Source of the DNA: Bacteroidetes bacterium RIFCSPLOWO2_12_FULL_35_15
Lineage (GTDB): Bacteria; Bacteroidota; Bacteroidia; 2-12-FULL-35-15
NCBI GenBank assembly: GCA_001769385.1
Contig: MEPB01000037.1
Coordinates: 12,241-76,240 of the forward strand
Direction of reading: 5' to 3'
DNA length: 64,000 nt
Part shown: positions 52,513-61,976 of the stretch, in pieces
How the letters are laid out: each line of letters opens with the position of its first letter
Numbering within the stretch: the stretch's first letter is position 1
Notes under the pieces: generated by a model
Database searches by the model: none
The model's input: the letters and a program-made list of their open reading frames with translations, nothing else
What the model was told of the DNA's origin: nothing
Translations under genes and position numbers: made by a program

Positions 52513-53763
52513 ATGGAAAGCATTAATTTAATTGAATCGTTCTCAGAATTTAAAGAAATAAAAAACATTGATAGAGCTACATTGATGAGCATTATTGAAG
52601 ATGTATTTCGAAGCATGTTAGTAAAAAAATATGGATCAGATGAAAACTTCGATATTATCGTAAATCCTGACCGTGGTGATATTGAGATATGGCAAAATCG
52701 TACGATCGTTGATGATGAATTTGCAGAGGATAGTTTTGATTACGAGGAAGGAAAACATATCAGTTTAACCGAAGCCAGAAAAATTGAACCTGATTTCGAA
52801 CTGGGCGAGGAAGTAACTACTCCTGTAAAGTTGAATGACTTTGGAAGAAGAGCGGTGTTAGCAGTACGTCAAAATTTGGTTTCAAAAATTCTTGAACTGG
52901 AAAAAGATAGTTTGTATAAAAAATACAAGGAAAGAGTTGGCGAAATAATGACCGGTGAAGTATATCAGATCTGGAAAAAAGAATTATTAATACTTGATGA
53001 AGAAGGTAACGAACTTTTGTTGCCTAAATCAGAGCAAATTGCTTCCGACTTCTTTAAAAAAGGAGATACTATTCGTGCAGTTGTTCAGCGTGTTGAAATG
53101 AAAAATAACTCACCTGTAATTATTTTATCAAGAACATCATCCGCATTTTTGGAACGCTTATTTGAATTAGAAGTTCCTGAGGTATTTGATGGTCTTATCA
53201 CTATTAAAAAAATTGTGCGTGAACCGGGTGAAAGAGCTAAGGTTGCAGTAGAATCATATGATGACAGAATTGATCCTGTTGGTGCTTGTGTTGGAATGAA
53301 AGGATCCCGTATTCATGGAATTGTTCGTGAGTTACGTAATGAAAACATCGATGTTATTAATTACACCAGTAATCCAACATTATTTATTACCAGAGCATTA
53401 AGTCCGGCAAAAATCACTTCTGTTAAAATTGATGAAGAAACAAAACGAGCTGAAGTATTTTTAAAACCGGATCAGGTTTCTTTAGCAATAGGAAAAGGTG
53501 GACATAATATTAAATTAGCAGGTAAATTAACCGGTTATGAGATAGATGTTTATCGTGATACGGATATTGATCTTGAAGATGTGGATCTTGAAGAATTTGC
53601 AGATGAGATCGAAAGCTGGATCTTGGATGAGCTAAAAAATATTGGTTGTGATACTGCAAAAAGCGTATTGGAACTATCAACCGAAGAGCTTGTTAAGCGT
53701 ACCGATTTAGAAGAAGTAACAGTAAATGAAGTAAAAGCAATTTTGCAATCAGAGTTTGAATAA
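52513..53763 (+). CDS. nusA: transcription termination factor NusA
   Basis: FGRRA, ELEVPE, REPGERAKVAV, DPVGACVGMKGSRI, SLAIGKGGHN. Confidence 0.97.
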   Translation: MESINLIESFSEFKEIKNIDRATLMSIIEDVFRSMLVKKYGSDENFDIIVNPDRGDIEIWQNRTIVDDEFAEDSFDYEEGKHISLTEARKIEPDFELGEEVTTPVKLNDFGRRAVLAVRQNLVSKILELEKDSLYKKYKERVGEIMTGEVYQIWKKELLILDEEGNELLLPKSEQIASDFFKKGDTIRAVVQRVEMKNNSPVIILSRTSSAFLERLFELEVPEVFDGLITIKKIVREPGERAKVAVESYDDRIDPVGACVGMKGSRIHGIVRELRNENIDVINYTSNPTLFITRALSPAKITSVKIDEETKRAEVFLKPDQVSLAIGKGGHNIKLAGKLTGYEIDVYRDTDIDLEDVDLEEFADEIESWILDELKNIGCDTAKSVLELSTEELVKRTDLEEVTVNEVKAILQSEFE

Positions 53764-53851
53764 AGTAGTTAATTAGTTGATTGGGCTAATTTAGGGTTAG
53801 CCTGATTTGACCCAATTGACCCAATTAACCAGTCAACCATTACACAATTAT

Positions 53852-56770
53852 ATGTCAGAAAATACAGTACAACGATTAAGTAAAGTAGCCAAGGAACTCA
53901 ATGTTAGTGTTTCTACAATAACAGAATTTCTTAAAGGTAAAGGACATGTCATAGAAAATAATCCTATGGCAAAAATTTCAGAAGAACTGTATTCAATTCT
54001 TTCAAAAGAATATCAATCAGAAAAGGCGGCTAAGGAAGAAGCGAAACAAGTAACATCCAGCTCTCGCGCAAAAAAAGAAAGTATAACCCTGGACGAAGAA
54101 GCAAAAGTTTCTAATGTTAAAAAAGTTGAAGAGGAAGAAGATATAATAATTAAAAACGTGCAGAATATTCCTCCTCCGGAAAAAATAAAGGAGAAGCCTG
54201 TAGAAATTGTTTCTAAAAAAACTGAGCCGGAGGAAGAAAAAGAAGTTATTAAATCGGATGTTAAGTTTACGGTAGTTTCTAAAATTGATCTGGATGCTCT
54301 GAACACAAAAACTAAACCGGCCAAAAAAACGAAATTAACAAAGGAAGAAGAGAAAGCTGCAAAAGAAGAAGAGAAAAAAGCTAAAGCTAAACCAACAAAA
54401 GGAAAAGCAAAAGCAAAAAAAGAAGATGAGGTTGTAGAAGAACAAAAAGAAGTTCAAGAAATTAAAGCACCTGTTGTTGAAGCTGAAGTAATTCCTGAAA
54501 TAAAATCAAGCGATCTTCCTCAAGAAGATTTTCTTGCAACAAAAGTTGAAAAATTAGAAGGACCCAAAATTATGGGTAAAATAGATTTACCTGTAAAAGA
54601 AGAACGAAAAAAACCGGTTGCTTCATCAACCCCGGCAACCCCGGCAAACGATAACAAGAAAAAACGTAAACGCATTAAAAAGAGTTATGGCGGTGCTACG
54701 CTTGGCGATACCTGGAATGCAAATAAAAAACCTGGAACACCTGGTGCCACGGGAACAACAGGTGGTACCGGAACCCCTGTAAATAATGCTCCAAGAAAAC
54801 AATATCCGAATAACACCTTTACACCACAAACACCAAGAGGTAAATATGTTAAACCGGGAAAAGTAGTATTAACTCCTGAAGAAATTCAGGCACAAATAAA
54901 AGAAACGCTTGCTCGTTTAAGCGGAGCAGGAAAATCCAAAGCTTCCAAACACCGTAAATCTAAACGGGATATGGTGAGTGAACGTATTCAGGAAGCTGCA
55001 GATCAGCAAGAGGCAGAGAAAAAAGTAATTAAGGTTACTGAATTTGTTTCTGCAAATCAATTAGCGCAGATGATGGATATTTCGGTAAACGAAATCATTT
55101 CCACATGTATGAGTTTAGGAATGTTTGTTTCCATTAATCAACGTTTAGATGCCGAAACAATAGCTATTGTGGCTGAAGAGTTTGGATACTCGCTGGAGTT
55201 CGTCAGTGTTGAAGTGCAAGAGGCAATAAAAGAAGAAGAAGATACAGAAGATCAATTATTATCCCGTTCACCAATTGTAACAGTAATGGGTCACGTTGAC
55301 CATGGTAAAACATCCTTATTGGATTATATCCGTAAGGCGAATGTTATTGCGGGTGAAGCAGGTGGTATCACACAACATATTGGTGCATATAACGTAAAAT
55401 TAGAAAACGAAAAAACAATTACATTCCTTGATACACCGGGTCACGAAGCCTTTACTGCGATGCGTGCCCGTGGTGCCCAGGTAACTGATATTGCAATTAT
55501 TGTTGTAGCAGCCGATGATAGTGTAATGCCTCAAACCATTGAAGCGATAAATCATGCGCAGGCTGCAGGTGTTCCAATTGTTATTGCAATTAATAAAATT
55601 GACAAACCCGGAGCTAATCCTGATAAGATTCGCGAAGCATTATCGCAATTAAATATTTTGGTGGAAGAATGGGGAGGAAAGGTTCAGTGTCAGGAAATTT
55701 CTGCGAAAAAAGGAAGTAACATTGAAACATTGCTTGAAAAAGTGTTGTTGGAAGCAGAGATGCTTAATTTGAAAGCGAATCCGAATAAAAATGCAACAGG
55801 AACGGTTATTGAATCGGAGCTGGATAAAGGCCGGGGATATGTTAGTACCATACTTGTTGAAGCAGGCACATTGAAAGTTGGAGATATTGTATTAGCAGGT
55901 TGTTTCAGCGGTAAAGTAAAAGCACTGCATAATGAACGCGGACAAGTTGTAAAAGAAGCAGGACCAGCAATGCCGGTAATATTACTGGGTTTGAGTGGTG
56001 CGCCTCAAGCGGGTGATAAATTTCATGTAATGTCAGATGAACGTGAAGCTCGTGAAATTGCTGCGAAACGTTTGCAATTACAACGTGAACAAGGTATCAG
56101 AACAAATAAGCATATTACATTAGATGAAATTGGAAGACGATTAGCGATTGGTGATTTTAAAGAATTGAATGTAATTGTAAAAGGTGACGTGGATGGTTCT
56201 GTGGAAGCATTAGCAGATTCATTGCAAAAACTATCGACTGAAAAAATTCAGATAAAAATTATTCATAAATCTGTTGGTGCCATCAGTGAATCGGATGTAT
56301 TATTAGCTTCGGCATCCAATGCTATCGTTGTTGGTTTCCAGGTTCGCCCTTCAGCAGGTGCCCGTAAAATAGCGGAAACAGAACAAATTGATATTCGTTT
56401 ATATTCTATTATTTATGATGCGATCAATGAAATAAAAGCGGCAATGGAGGGAATGTTAGCCCCTGAATTTGAAGAAAAAATTGTTTGCAACATTGAGATT
56501 CGTGAAGTATTTAATATTACCAGAGTCGGTACAATTGCAGGATGTTTTGTGTTAGACGGAAAAGTGACCCGTAATACCAAAGTACGTGTGATAAGTGATG
56601 GTATTGTTGTTCATACCGGTGAGCTGGGTTCTTTAAAACGTTTTAAAGATGATGTGAAAGAAGTAAACAAAGGTTTTGAATGTGGATTGAACATCAAAAA
56701 TTTCAACGGTATCAAAGTTGGTGATATTATTGAAGGATATGAATTAGTGGAAGTAAAAGCGAAATTATAA
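53852..56770 (+). CDS. infB: translation initiation factor IF-2
   Basis: [42 protein letters not shown] 53852 preferred because the track's extension is a repeat. Confidence 0.97.
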   Translation: MSENTVQRLSKVAKELNVSVSTITEFLKGKGHVIENNPMAKISEELYSILSKEYQSEKAAKEEAKQVTSSSRAKKESITLDEEAKVSNVKKVEEEEDIIIKNVQNIPPPEKIKEKPVEIVSKKTEPEEEKEVIKSDVKFTVVSKIDLDALNTKTKPAKKTKLTKEEEKAAKEEEKKAKAKPTKGKAKAKKEDEVVEEQKEVQEIKAPVVEAEVIPEIKSSDLPQEDFLATKVEKLEGPKIMGKIDLPVKEERKKPVASSTPATPANDNKKKRKRIKKSYGGATLGDTWNANKKPGTPGATGTTGGTGTPVNNAPRKQYPNNTFTPQTPRGKYVKPGKVVLTPEEIQAQIKETLARLSGAGKSKASKHRKSKRDMVSERIQEAADQQEAEKKVIKVTEFVSANQLAQMMDISVNEIISTCMSLGMFVSINQRLDAETIAIVAEEFGYSLEFVSVEVQEAIKEEEDTEDQLLSRSPIVTVMGHVDHGKTSLLDYIRKANVIAGEAGGITQHIGAYNVKLENEKTITFLDTPGHEAFTAMRARGAQVTDIAIIVVAADDSVMPQTIEAINHAQAAGVPIVIAINKIDKPGANPDKIREALSQLNILVEEWGGKVQCQEISAKKGSNIETLLEKVLLEAEMLNLKANPNKNATGTVIESELDKGRGYVSTILVEAGTLKVGDIVLAGCFSGKVKALHNERGQVVKEAGPAMPVILLGLSGAPQAGDKFHVMSDEREAREIAAKRLQLQREQGIRTNKHITLDEIGRRLAIGDFKELNVIVKGDVDGSVEALADSLQKLSTEKIQIKIIHKSVGAISESDVLLASASNAIVVGFQVRPSAGARKIAETEQIDIRLYSIIYDAINEIKAAMEGMLAPEFEEKIVCNIEIREVFNITRVGTIAGCFVLDGKVTRNTKVRVISDGIVVHTGELGSLKRFKDDVKEVNKGFECGLNIKNFNGIKVGDIIEGYELVEVKAKL

Positions 56771-56845
56771 TATTCTCTTTTTTAATGAAAGGCTCTGCAG
56801 TATTGCTTTAACTACACAAGTCTAAGGTGGGAGGAAAAAAATGAG

Positions 56846-56873
56846 AAAGGACGCTAGTTTTAGCGTCCTTTTT
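56846..56873. terminator. bidirectional intrinsic terminator between infB and the island operon
   Basis: aaaggacgcta-gttt-tagcgtccttt plus T run. Confidence 0.85.
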
Positions 56874-56894
56874 GTTCTTTGGTAAGAGCTGTAT

Positions 56895-57641
56895 TTACGA
56901 TCTAAGCCAAGTAAATACCATTTTTAAGTAGCTATTTAAGTAATCATCCAAGTTCTGTGATTTCAAGCCAAAATCAGCTAGCTTTCTGTAAGGACTGCCT
57001 GGGGAAGGAGTCGCAAAGCATTCTATTGAACCGCCATTACTACATTCAATAACCCTCAAAAAAGGTTTTTTTACTAAATCGGGATTGCCATTTATACTTT
57101 GAAGCAATGTGTTTTGAAGTTCAAATGATTTGCTTTCATTCATACTTAATGTTGGATGCTTATTAAAAAAGGCACTATTTAGAAACATTTCATTCATTAC
57201 ACCCTTAGAAGAACACAATATTTTAATCGTTTGTCCCTTTTGGGGGTATTTAAAAAAAAGATGATTGTATGTCCTTTCCGTTAAATGTTTGTCTAAAGCA
57301 GATTTATCCTTCCTGTTGCAGCTGAATATCATATCAGTAATACCAATTGAATTTTTTTCAAGGCTATTTTTTATTGAAGCGACATTTTCAAGAAAGATTT
57401 CTGAGTCGAAAAATGTTTGATACCAATACCAAAACCTATTATTTGAACTTCCATAATAGAATTGGATGTCGCCATTTTTGACTCTTTCAATGGTCTTAAG
57501 CGCATTTAATTTCCCATCATTAGAAAAGGTCAATGACCACGTAGGAAAGCTACCTAGAATTATTTTTGAATGGTTTAAGGTAGGACTATCGAAATCTATT
57601 CTCGGATGAAATTCCCGTAAATTATTTGAAGTATTTTTCAT
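56895..57641 (-). CDS. uracil-DNA glycosylase superfamily protein (family-6/HDG-like motifs)
   Basis: HP..., IILGSFP, FYYGSSNNRFW, IGITDMIFSC.R..SALD, TPSPGS. Confidence 0.7.
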   Translation of the reverse strand: MKNTSNNLREFHPRIDFDSPTLNHSKIILGSFPTWSLTFSNDGKLNALKTIERVKNGDIQFYYGSSNNRFWYWYQTFFDSEIFLENVASIKNSLEKNSIGITDMIFSCNRKDKSALDKHLTERTYNHLFFKYPQKGQTIKILCSSKGVMNEMFLNSAFFNKHPTLSMNESKSFELQNTLLQSINGNPDLVKKPFLRVIECSNGGSIECFATPSPGSPYRKLADFGLKSQNLDDYLNSYLKMVFTWLRS

Positions 57642-59400
57642 ACAGATCTTCTCCCATTTTTCTGTAGTGACTGGACTTATATCCTTTGAAAGGGAAATTG
57701 CTTACATCGGCAAATTTACTCTTATATAACTCAATGTCTCCATGTTTTTTATTTTCGATCAGAATCCTTAAGCAATTAATAACACCGTTGATAGTAGTGA
57801 CACTCAGAATAGTATTTCCAGCAACTCTATTCACTTTCCAATTTTCATTGTCAATATTGGCTTTCAAACCGATAAAAATGTTTCGAATTTGCTCGACACA
57901 AAAAGCTCGATATTCATCAAGAAGTTTATAGTCATCCTTCTTTTTTTTCAAGTCCTCCTTATTCTTTTTTACCCAAAAACTGAATAAGCTATCTACACCT
58001 TCAAATTTCACTAGTGGTTTTAGGCCAAAGCTTATTATAGTGGTGGTTTTCAATTTAGATTTTTCAAACCAATATTCTTCAAATAGACCACCTAATGGAC
58101 CGGACTCGTTCAATTTGCTAATTATATATTTTGAAATTGATGCCGTTGAAAACGGATTCATCATAAACTCAATTTCATACTTTAATTGTGGAGAAGCCCC
58201 AGACTGATTAGAGTTAATTTCCAAAAATAATTTAGCTTCAAATTTTATCCTTTTTTCTTCAGGTTCGTCTTTGGGATAAAGGATACCTGTAATCAATAAA
58301 TTCTGAATTCCCCTCAAGCCTGCAATAGATTTTTCATAAACATCATCTCCTTCATGATATGAATATGTCCTATGCTGGCCATCAATAATTCCTATAATAT
58401 TCGCTTTACTTGATATTTTAATGGTGGCTGGCTGTACCCTTGTAATACCTGGATTTGTGAAATTTCCTTTATTGTCTATTGACAATTCGCTACCTCCTTC
58501 ATCTAATATTCTAATCTCATTAATTGGTAAAGTTGTTATAATATTATTGATGAATACACGTTTTTCATCGTGCAAATATTTGCGCATACTTTTTATTTTT
58601 TGGGCAACAAACATCCGCTGATAAAATCCAATGTTATCCTTATTTCTCCAACCATCCCTTCTCAAGACGTAGGCTCGTTTAATTAAAGATTCAGCATCAA
58701 TATAAAATGAAACAATCTTATAGCCCTCTTTGAAAGAACTATGTTCTTCAGGCAATATATGCCCAGAGAATTCATCTACAGTACTCTTTGACGCTTGTTT
58801 TATATTGTCACCGATCTTCGAAAAGTCAATTCCAAGAAAATCAAAAAACTCATGTTTTGTGGACTTCTTTATGATTTTGGCGATGCTCACAAAATACTTT
58901 ACAACAGGGTAATCAAAATAATGAATGTTTGTTACCAAAACCTTATGTTCATTAACTACCTTGCGTTTTGAAGCATACAGAATTCGAATTTGCAATTGAT
59001 TTGCAGTGTATTTATTGCTGGTAACGCTTTCAAAGACTTGTTTTAAGGACTTAAACTTGTCCTCAGTCAAAAGGAATTTGAAAAAATTAGCGGGATTTAA
59101 ATTTATTTTATCGTAAATAATTTTCTTTTCCTTCAAATGGATTCCTGGATCACCAATGGTGTATTCAGTAAGTACAAAGATATTTTCATAATAGAAGATG
59201 TCATCGATTTCTGACTCACGGCTGTCATAAGTAAAATGTTTGCCATCAATCCCTGGGACTCTTGAAAATCCGATATTCGTCATCAAGGTTCTTATCTCTC
59301 TGGCTTGTTGATCTTGTTCTCTTTTTTGTTCCTTTTCTTGATCACTGAGTTTTTTCTTCCCCTTCTTTTTACCTTTCGCTTTTGTTTTTTTTGTTTTCAT
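57622..59400 (-). CDS. DGQHR (DndB/ParB-like) domain protein with N-terminal PD-(D/E)XK-like region
   Basis: YQRM, FINNII, IIDGQHR, FLEINSNQ; N-terminal EIDDIFYYENIFVLTEYT. Confidence 0.85.
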   Translation of the reverse strand: MKTKKTKAKGKKKGKKKLSDQEKEQKREQDQQAREIRTLMTNIGFSRVPGIDGKHFTYDSRESEIDDIFYYENIFVLTEYTIGDPGIHLKEKKIIYDKINLNPANFFKFLLTEDKFKSLKQVFESVTSNKYTANQLQIRILYASKRKVVNEHKVLVTNIHYFDYPVVKYFVSIAKIIKKSTKHEFFDFLGIDFSKIGDNIKQASKSTVDEFSGHILPEEHSSFKEGYKIVSFYIDAESLIKRAYVLRRDGWRNKDNIGFYQRMFVAQKIKSMRKYLHDEKRVFINNIITTLPINEIRILDEGGSELSIDNKGNFTNPGITRVQPATIKISSKANIIGIIDGQHRTYSYHEGDDVYEKSIAGLRGIQNLLITGILYPKDEPEEKRIKFEAKLFLEINSNQSGASPQLKYEIEFMMNPFSTASISKYIISKLNESGPLGGLFEEYWFEKSKLKTTTIISFGLKPLVKFEGVDSLFSFWVKKNKEDLKKKKDDYKLLDEYRAFCVEQIRNIFIGLKANIDNENWKVNRVAGNTILSVTTINGVINCLRILIENKKHGDIELYKSKFADVSNFPFKGYKSSHYRKMGEDLYEKYFK

Positions 59401-59415
59401 CGAGAAAGAAAAATT

Positions 59416-60318
59416 TTATGGTTTTGCCTTATTTATATCAGTAATTGTACTCATTGCACTAACTACATCCTTGGCATAGATAATGTTTTCTTGTCCAGCC
59501 TTGCCTTCATAAGTAAAATTAAACAAGAGAGAAATAATTCGTTTCCTTCCTCCTACAGACAATTTCTCATCTCCGTAGACGTAGAACTCATGTTTGTTCA
59601 GAGTATAAAGGTTTTGAGAGGCCTTTTTTATTACAACCTTAGTAACACCTATAATAGACTTTTGCTCATATTTAAGCTTGTCAATAGTTCCAACACTTGC
59701 TTCAAATGAAGCTTTAAATTTAAGCGCAGCTGGATCATTCAAATTGCCTTCAATAACATCGTGTAATAGGGTTTTATATTCATTTAAATCTTCACCTTCT
59801 GCAACTGGCCAAGTGAGAAATAATGAAAAATTTCTGCTATATTTTTTTTGAAACTCAAAAACAGATTTGATTGTGGCATCGAAAGGATACTTTACACTGG
59901 CTTGCATTCTCCCATCAAAATCCAAATTTACTACATCGACAGGAAAGGTTTTATTTTTTCCACTAATTATGAAACTATAATTGGCTGCAATGTATGGGAT
60001 GAAGTCCGCTTCCACTTTGGCTTCGATGAGTTTTTCACTTAACTTTCTTTGAATTTTTGGATCTTTTTCGAAACATCTCACATTTCCTTTGATAATTCTA
60101 AAATTAGGGGTTCCATCAACGGATTTTGATTCTGCTTCTTCCCAATCAATCAGGCCTTCATCTTTGAACAGATGCAAATCTTGCATTGCCTCCGCTGGAA
60201 ATGTTAAAATACTGAAGTCACGTTCCTGGTCACCGAATATTTCTTTGGCGAAGGCAACCCACTTTTTTCTAATAAAGTCTTTTGGGCTGGAGTTATGTTT
60301 ATAGACGGCTTTAGGCAT
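59416..60318 (-). CDS. hypothetical protein, possible SAM-dependent methyltransferase-like fold
   Basis: SILTFPA...DL, VRCFEKD, FPVDVVNLDFDG in the order of Rossmann MTase strands 1, 2 and 4. Confidence 0.55.
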   Translation of the reverse strand: MPKAVYKHNSSPKDFIRKKWVAFAKEIFGDQERDFSILTFPAEAMQDLHLFKDEGLIDWEEAESKSVDGTPNFRIIKGNVRCFEKDPKIQRKLSEKLIEAKVEADFIPYIAANYSFIISGKNKTFPVDVVNLDFDGRMQASVKYPFDATIKSVFEFQKKYSRNFSLFLTWPVAEGEDLNEYKTLLHDVIEGNLNDPAALKFKASFEASVGTIDKLKYEQKSIIGVTKVVIKKASQNLYTLNKHEFYVYGDEKLSVGGRKRIISLLFNFTYEGKAGQENIIYAKDVVSAMSTITDINKAKP

Positions 60319-60324
60319 ACAGTA

Positions 60325-61974
60325 TTACTTGGCTTTCCATTCATCTATTTTTTTATAAAATAGCTCCTTTAGTTTTTTTGCATCACCTCGACTTTCATTG
60401 AAAGAATTTTCGAATATGATAAAAATGGTTTGCAAATATTCCCAATCACTTTTTTTAAACTTATTTTTAGCAACAGAATCAATCTCAATTACAGTCCCTT
60501 TATTTTTTGTCGTAACAATTTTAACAGGAGAAACTTCTTCTTCCTCCTTCTTTTTTTTACTTCCTTTTTGGGGAGTTGCAGGTTTAGGCTTTGATGAATA
60601 CGTAACCTTCTTAGCTTTTAAAATTCGCTTTGTGGCATCCTTCTTAACCTTATCCTTTTTGGCATCTCTAACATTTTTCCCGTCATCATATAATTTAAAA
60701 GCAATCTTAAAGATGTCCTCCTTCAAATATTCATGTAAAAAGTTCTGTAAAGCAATATAATCTGGGTGGGTTACCCTGAACGATTTTCGATCAATATTCA
60801 TTGCATCCTCAAGACCCTGTTCGATATATAATTCTCCTGAGATCCAGTTCCTAAATATCTGTTCCATATAAACAGGATATCTTAAAAAAGTGCCGTCAAA
60901 CCCAAATCGCTCTGCAATAGGAATGTTTTTTATTCTAATAGCTACACCATTTAGTTCACGAGGAATTAACAAACTGTTTTGTATGTAAAAATATCCCTTG
61001 AGAGCAATGAAATTATCACTATCGCCAATTCTGATTTTCTTTTTAAATGATGTATGCTCTGCTCTCTTATTTTTATCCTTGGGAAAGTAAATTGGCTTTT
61101 TAAGATACATGCCATCAAAATCCACCTTGAAGTTGAATTTTTTATGAAGAGAAACAATTTCATCAATTGTTTTATCCTTAACTCCTTCAATCGGCCCACC
61201 ATCAATATATTCAACGGGAATGTAAGATGCTAAATCAATAATGAACTGCATATACTCACTATCGTTTTCCCAAGAGTAGACGCTTTTGCTAGCGTGATGT
61301 GCAAGCAGATCTTTCATAGTTTTAAATGAAAGCTTAGCAAAGCCCTTGTTTTTTTCTTTTACCGCTTGAGCTTTATATGTCTCATCATTAAATATCTTTA
61401 AAACAGGCTCTTTTAATCCTACCAGCCTGATTGCTGTAAAGTGTTCGTTCTTATCTTCTTTTTCATTTACTAGGGTAAACTTCCCTTTCAAATAAGTATC
61501 TTCATCATCGCTTTTAGATGGCTTACTATCAAGAATTTCTTTGAAATCAATCCTTGCAGTAAACTTTATCGCTTCACCTTTCTTTGAAGATACAACTTCT
61601 AATACATCACATATCTCATTTACTGCAATAAAACCGATACCTATTTTTCCAATCAATGGTCTGCCAGCTGCAGAAAATTCACCTCTGTTTCGTTTGTTAG
61701 ATTTACTAATCCATGCAAAATTGTTATCAAAATCCTCTGCATTCATTCCATTTCCATCATCTAAGATCGTTATGCTATCTTCGATAGGTTTCATTCTAAT
61801 AATCACATTTTGCGCATCAGCATCAAATGAATTATTTACTAATTCTTTGATACAACTTGCAGGAGAGCTGTAAATACCAGAGCTCAGATCATTTATAATC
61901 TGAGAATGTACTTTAATCTCTCCAACTTGTTCGATGTCCAGAGCAAGAGTTATGTCATTATTTTTATCGGTCAT
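60325..61974 (-). CDS. GHKL (MORC/MutL-like, HATPase_c_3) ATPase
   Basis: IYSSPASCIKELVNNSFDADA, DDGNGM, IGKIGIGFIA, second domain ELNGVAIRIKN..ISGELYI..AMNIDRKSF. Confidence 0.85.
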   Translation of the reverse strand: MTDKNNDITLALDIEQVGEIKVHSQIINDLSSGIYSSPASCIKELVNNSFDADAQNVIIRMKPIEDSITILDDGNGMNAEDFDNNFAWISKSNKRNRGEFSAAGRPLIGKIGIGFIAVNEICDVLEVVSSKKGEAIKFTARIDFKEILDSKPSKSDDEDTYLKGKFTLVNEKEDKNEHFTAIRLVGLKEPVLKIFNDETYKAQAVKEKNKGFAKLSFKTMKDLLAHHASKSVYSWENDSEYMQFIIDLASYIPVEYIDGGPIEGVKDKTIDEIVSLHKKFNFKVDFDGMYLKKPIYFPKDKNKRAEHTSFKKKIRIGDSDNFIALKGYFYIQNSLLIPRELNGVAIRIKNIPIAERFGFDGTFLRYPVYMEQIFRNWISGELYIEQGLEDAMNIDRKSFRVTHPDYIALQNFLHEYLKEDIFKIAFKLYDDGKNVRDAKKDKVKKDATKRILKAKKVTYSSKPKPATPQKGSKKKKEEEEVSPVKIVTTKNKGTVIEIDSVAKNKFKKSDWEYLQTIFIIFENSFNESRGDAKKLKELFYKKIDEWKAK

Positions 61975-61976
61975 TC

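Noticed and set aside
53807..53851. N-terminal extension of IF-2 from TTG 53807
   Set aside because: Translates a short tandem repeat; ATG 53852 gives a normal IF-2 start
57622..59400. Dnd phosphorothioation or Dpd system call from the DGQHR motif
   Set aside because: No dndA/C/D/E, ssp or dpdA/C genes in the window
59305..60760. Plus-strand ORFs (59305..59709, 60398..60760 and others) inside the island
   Set aside because: Antisense shadows of Lys-rich coding sequence with Phe/Leu-rich nonsense composition
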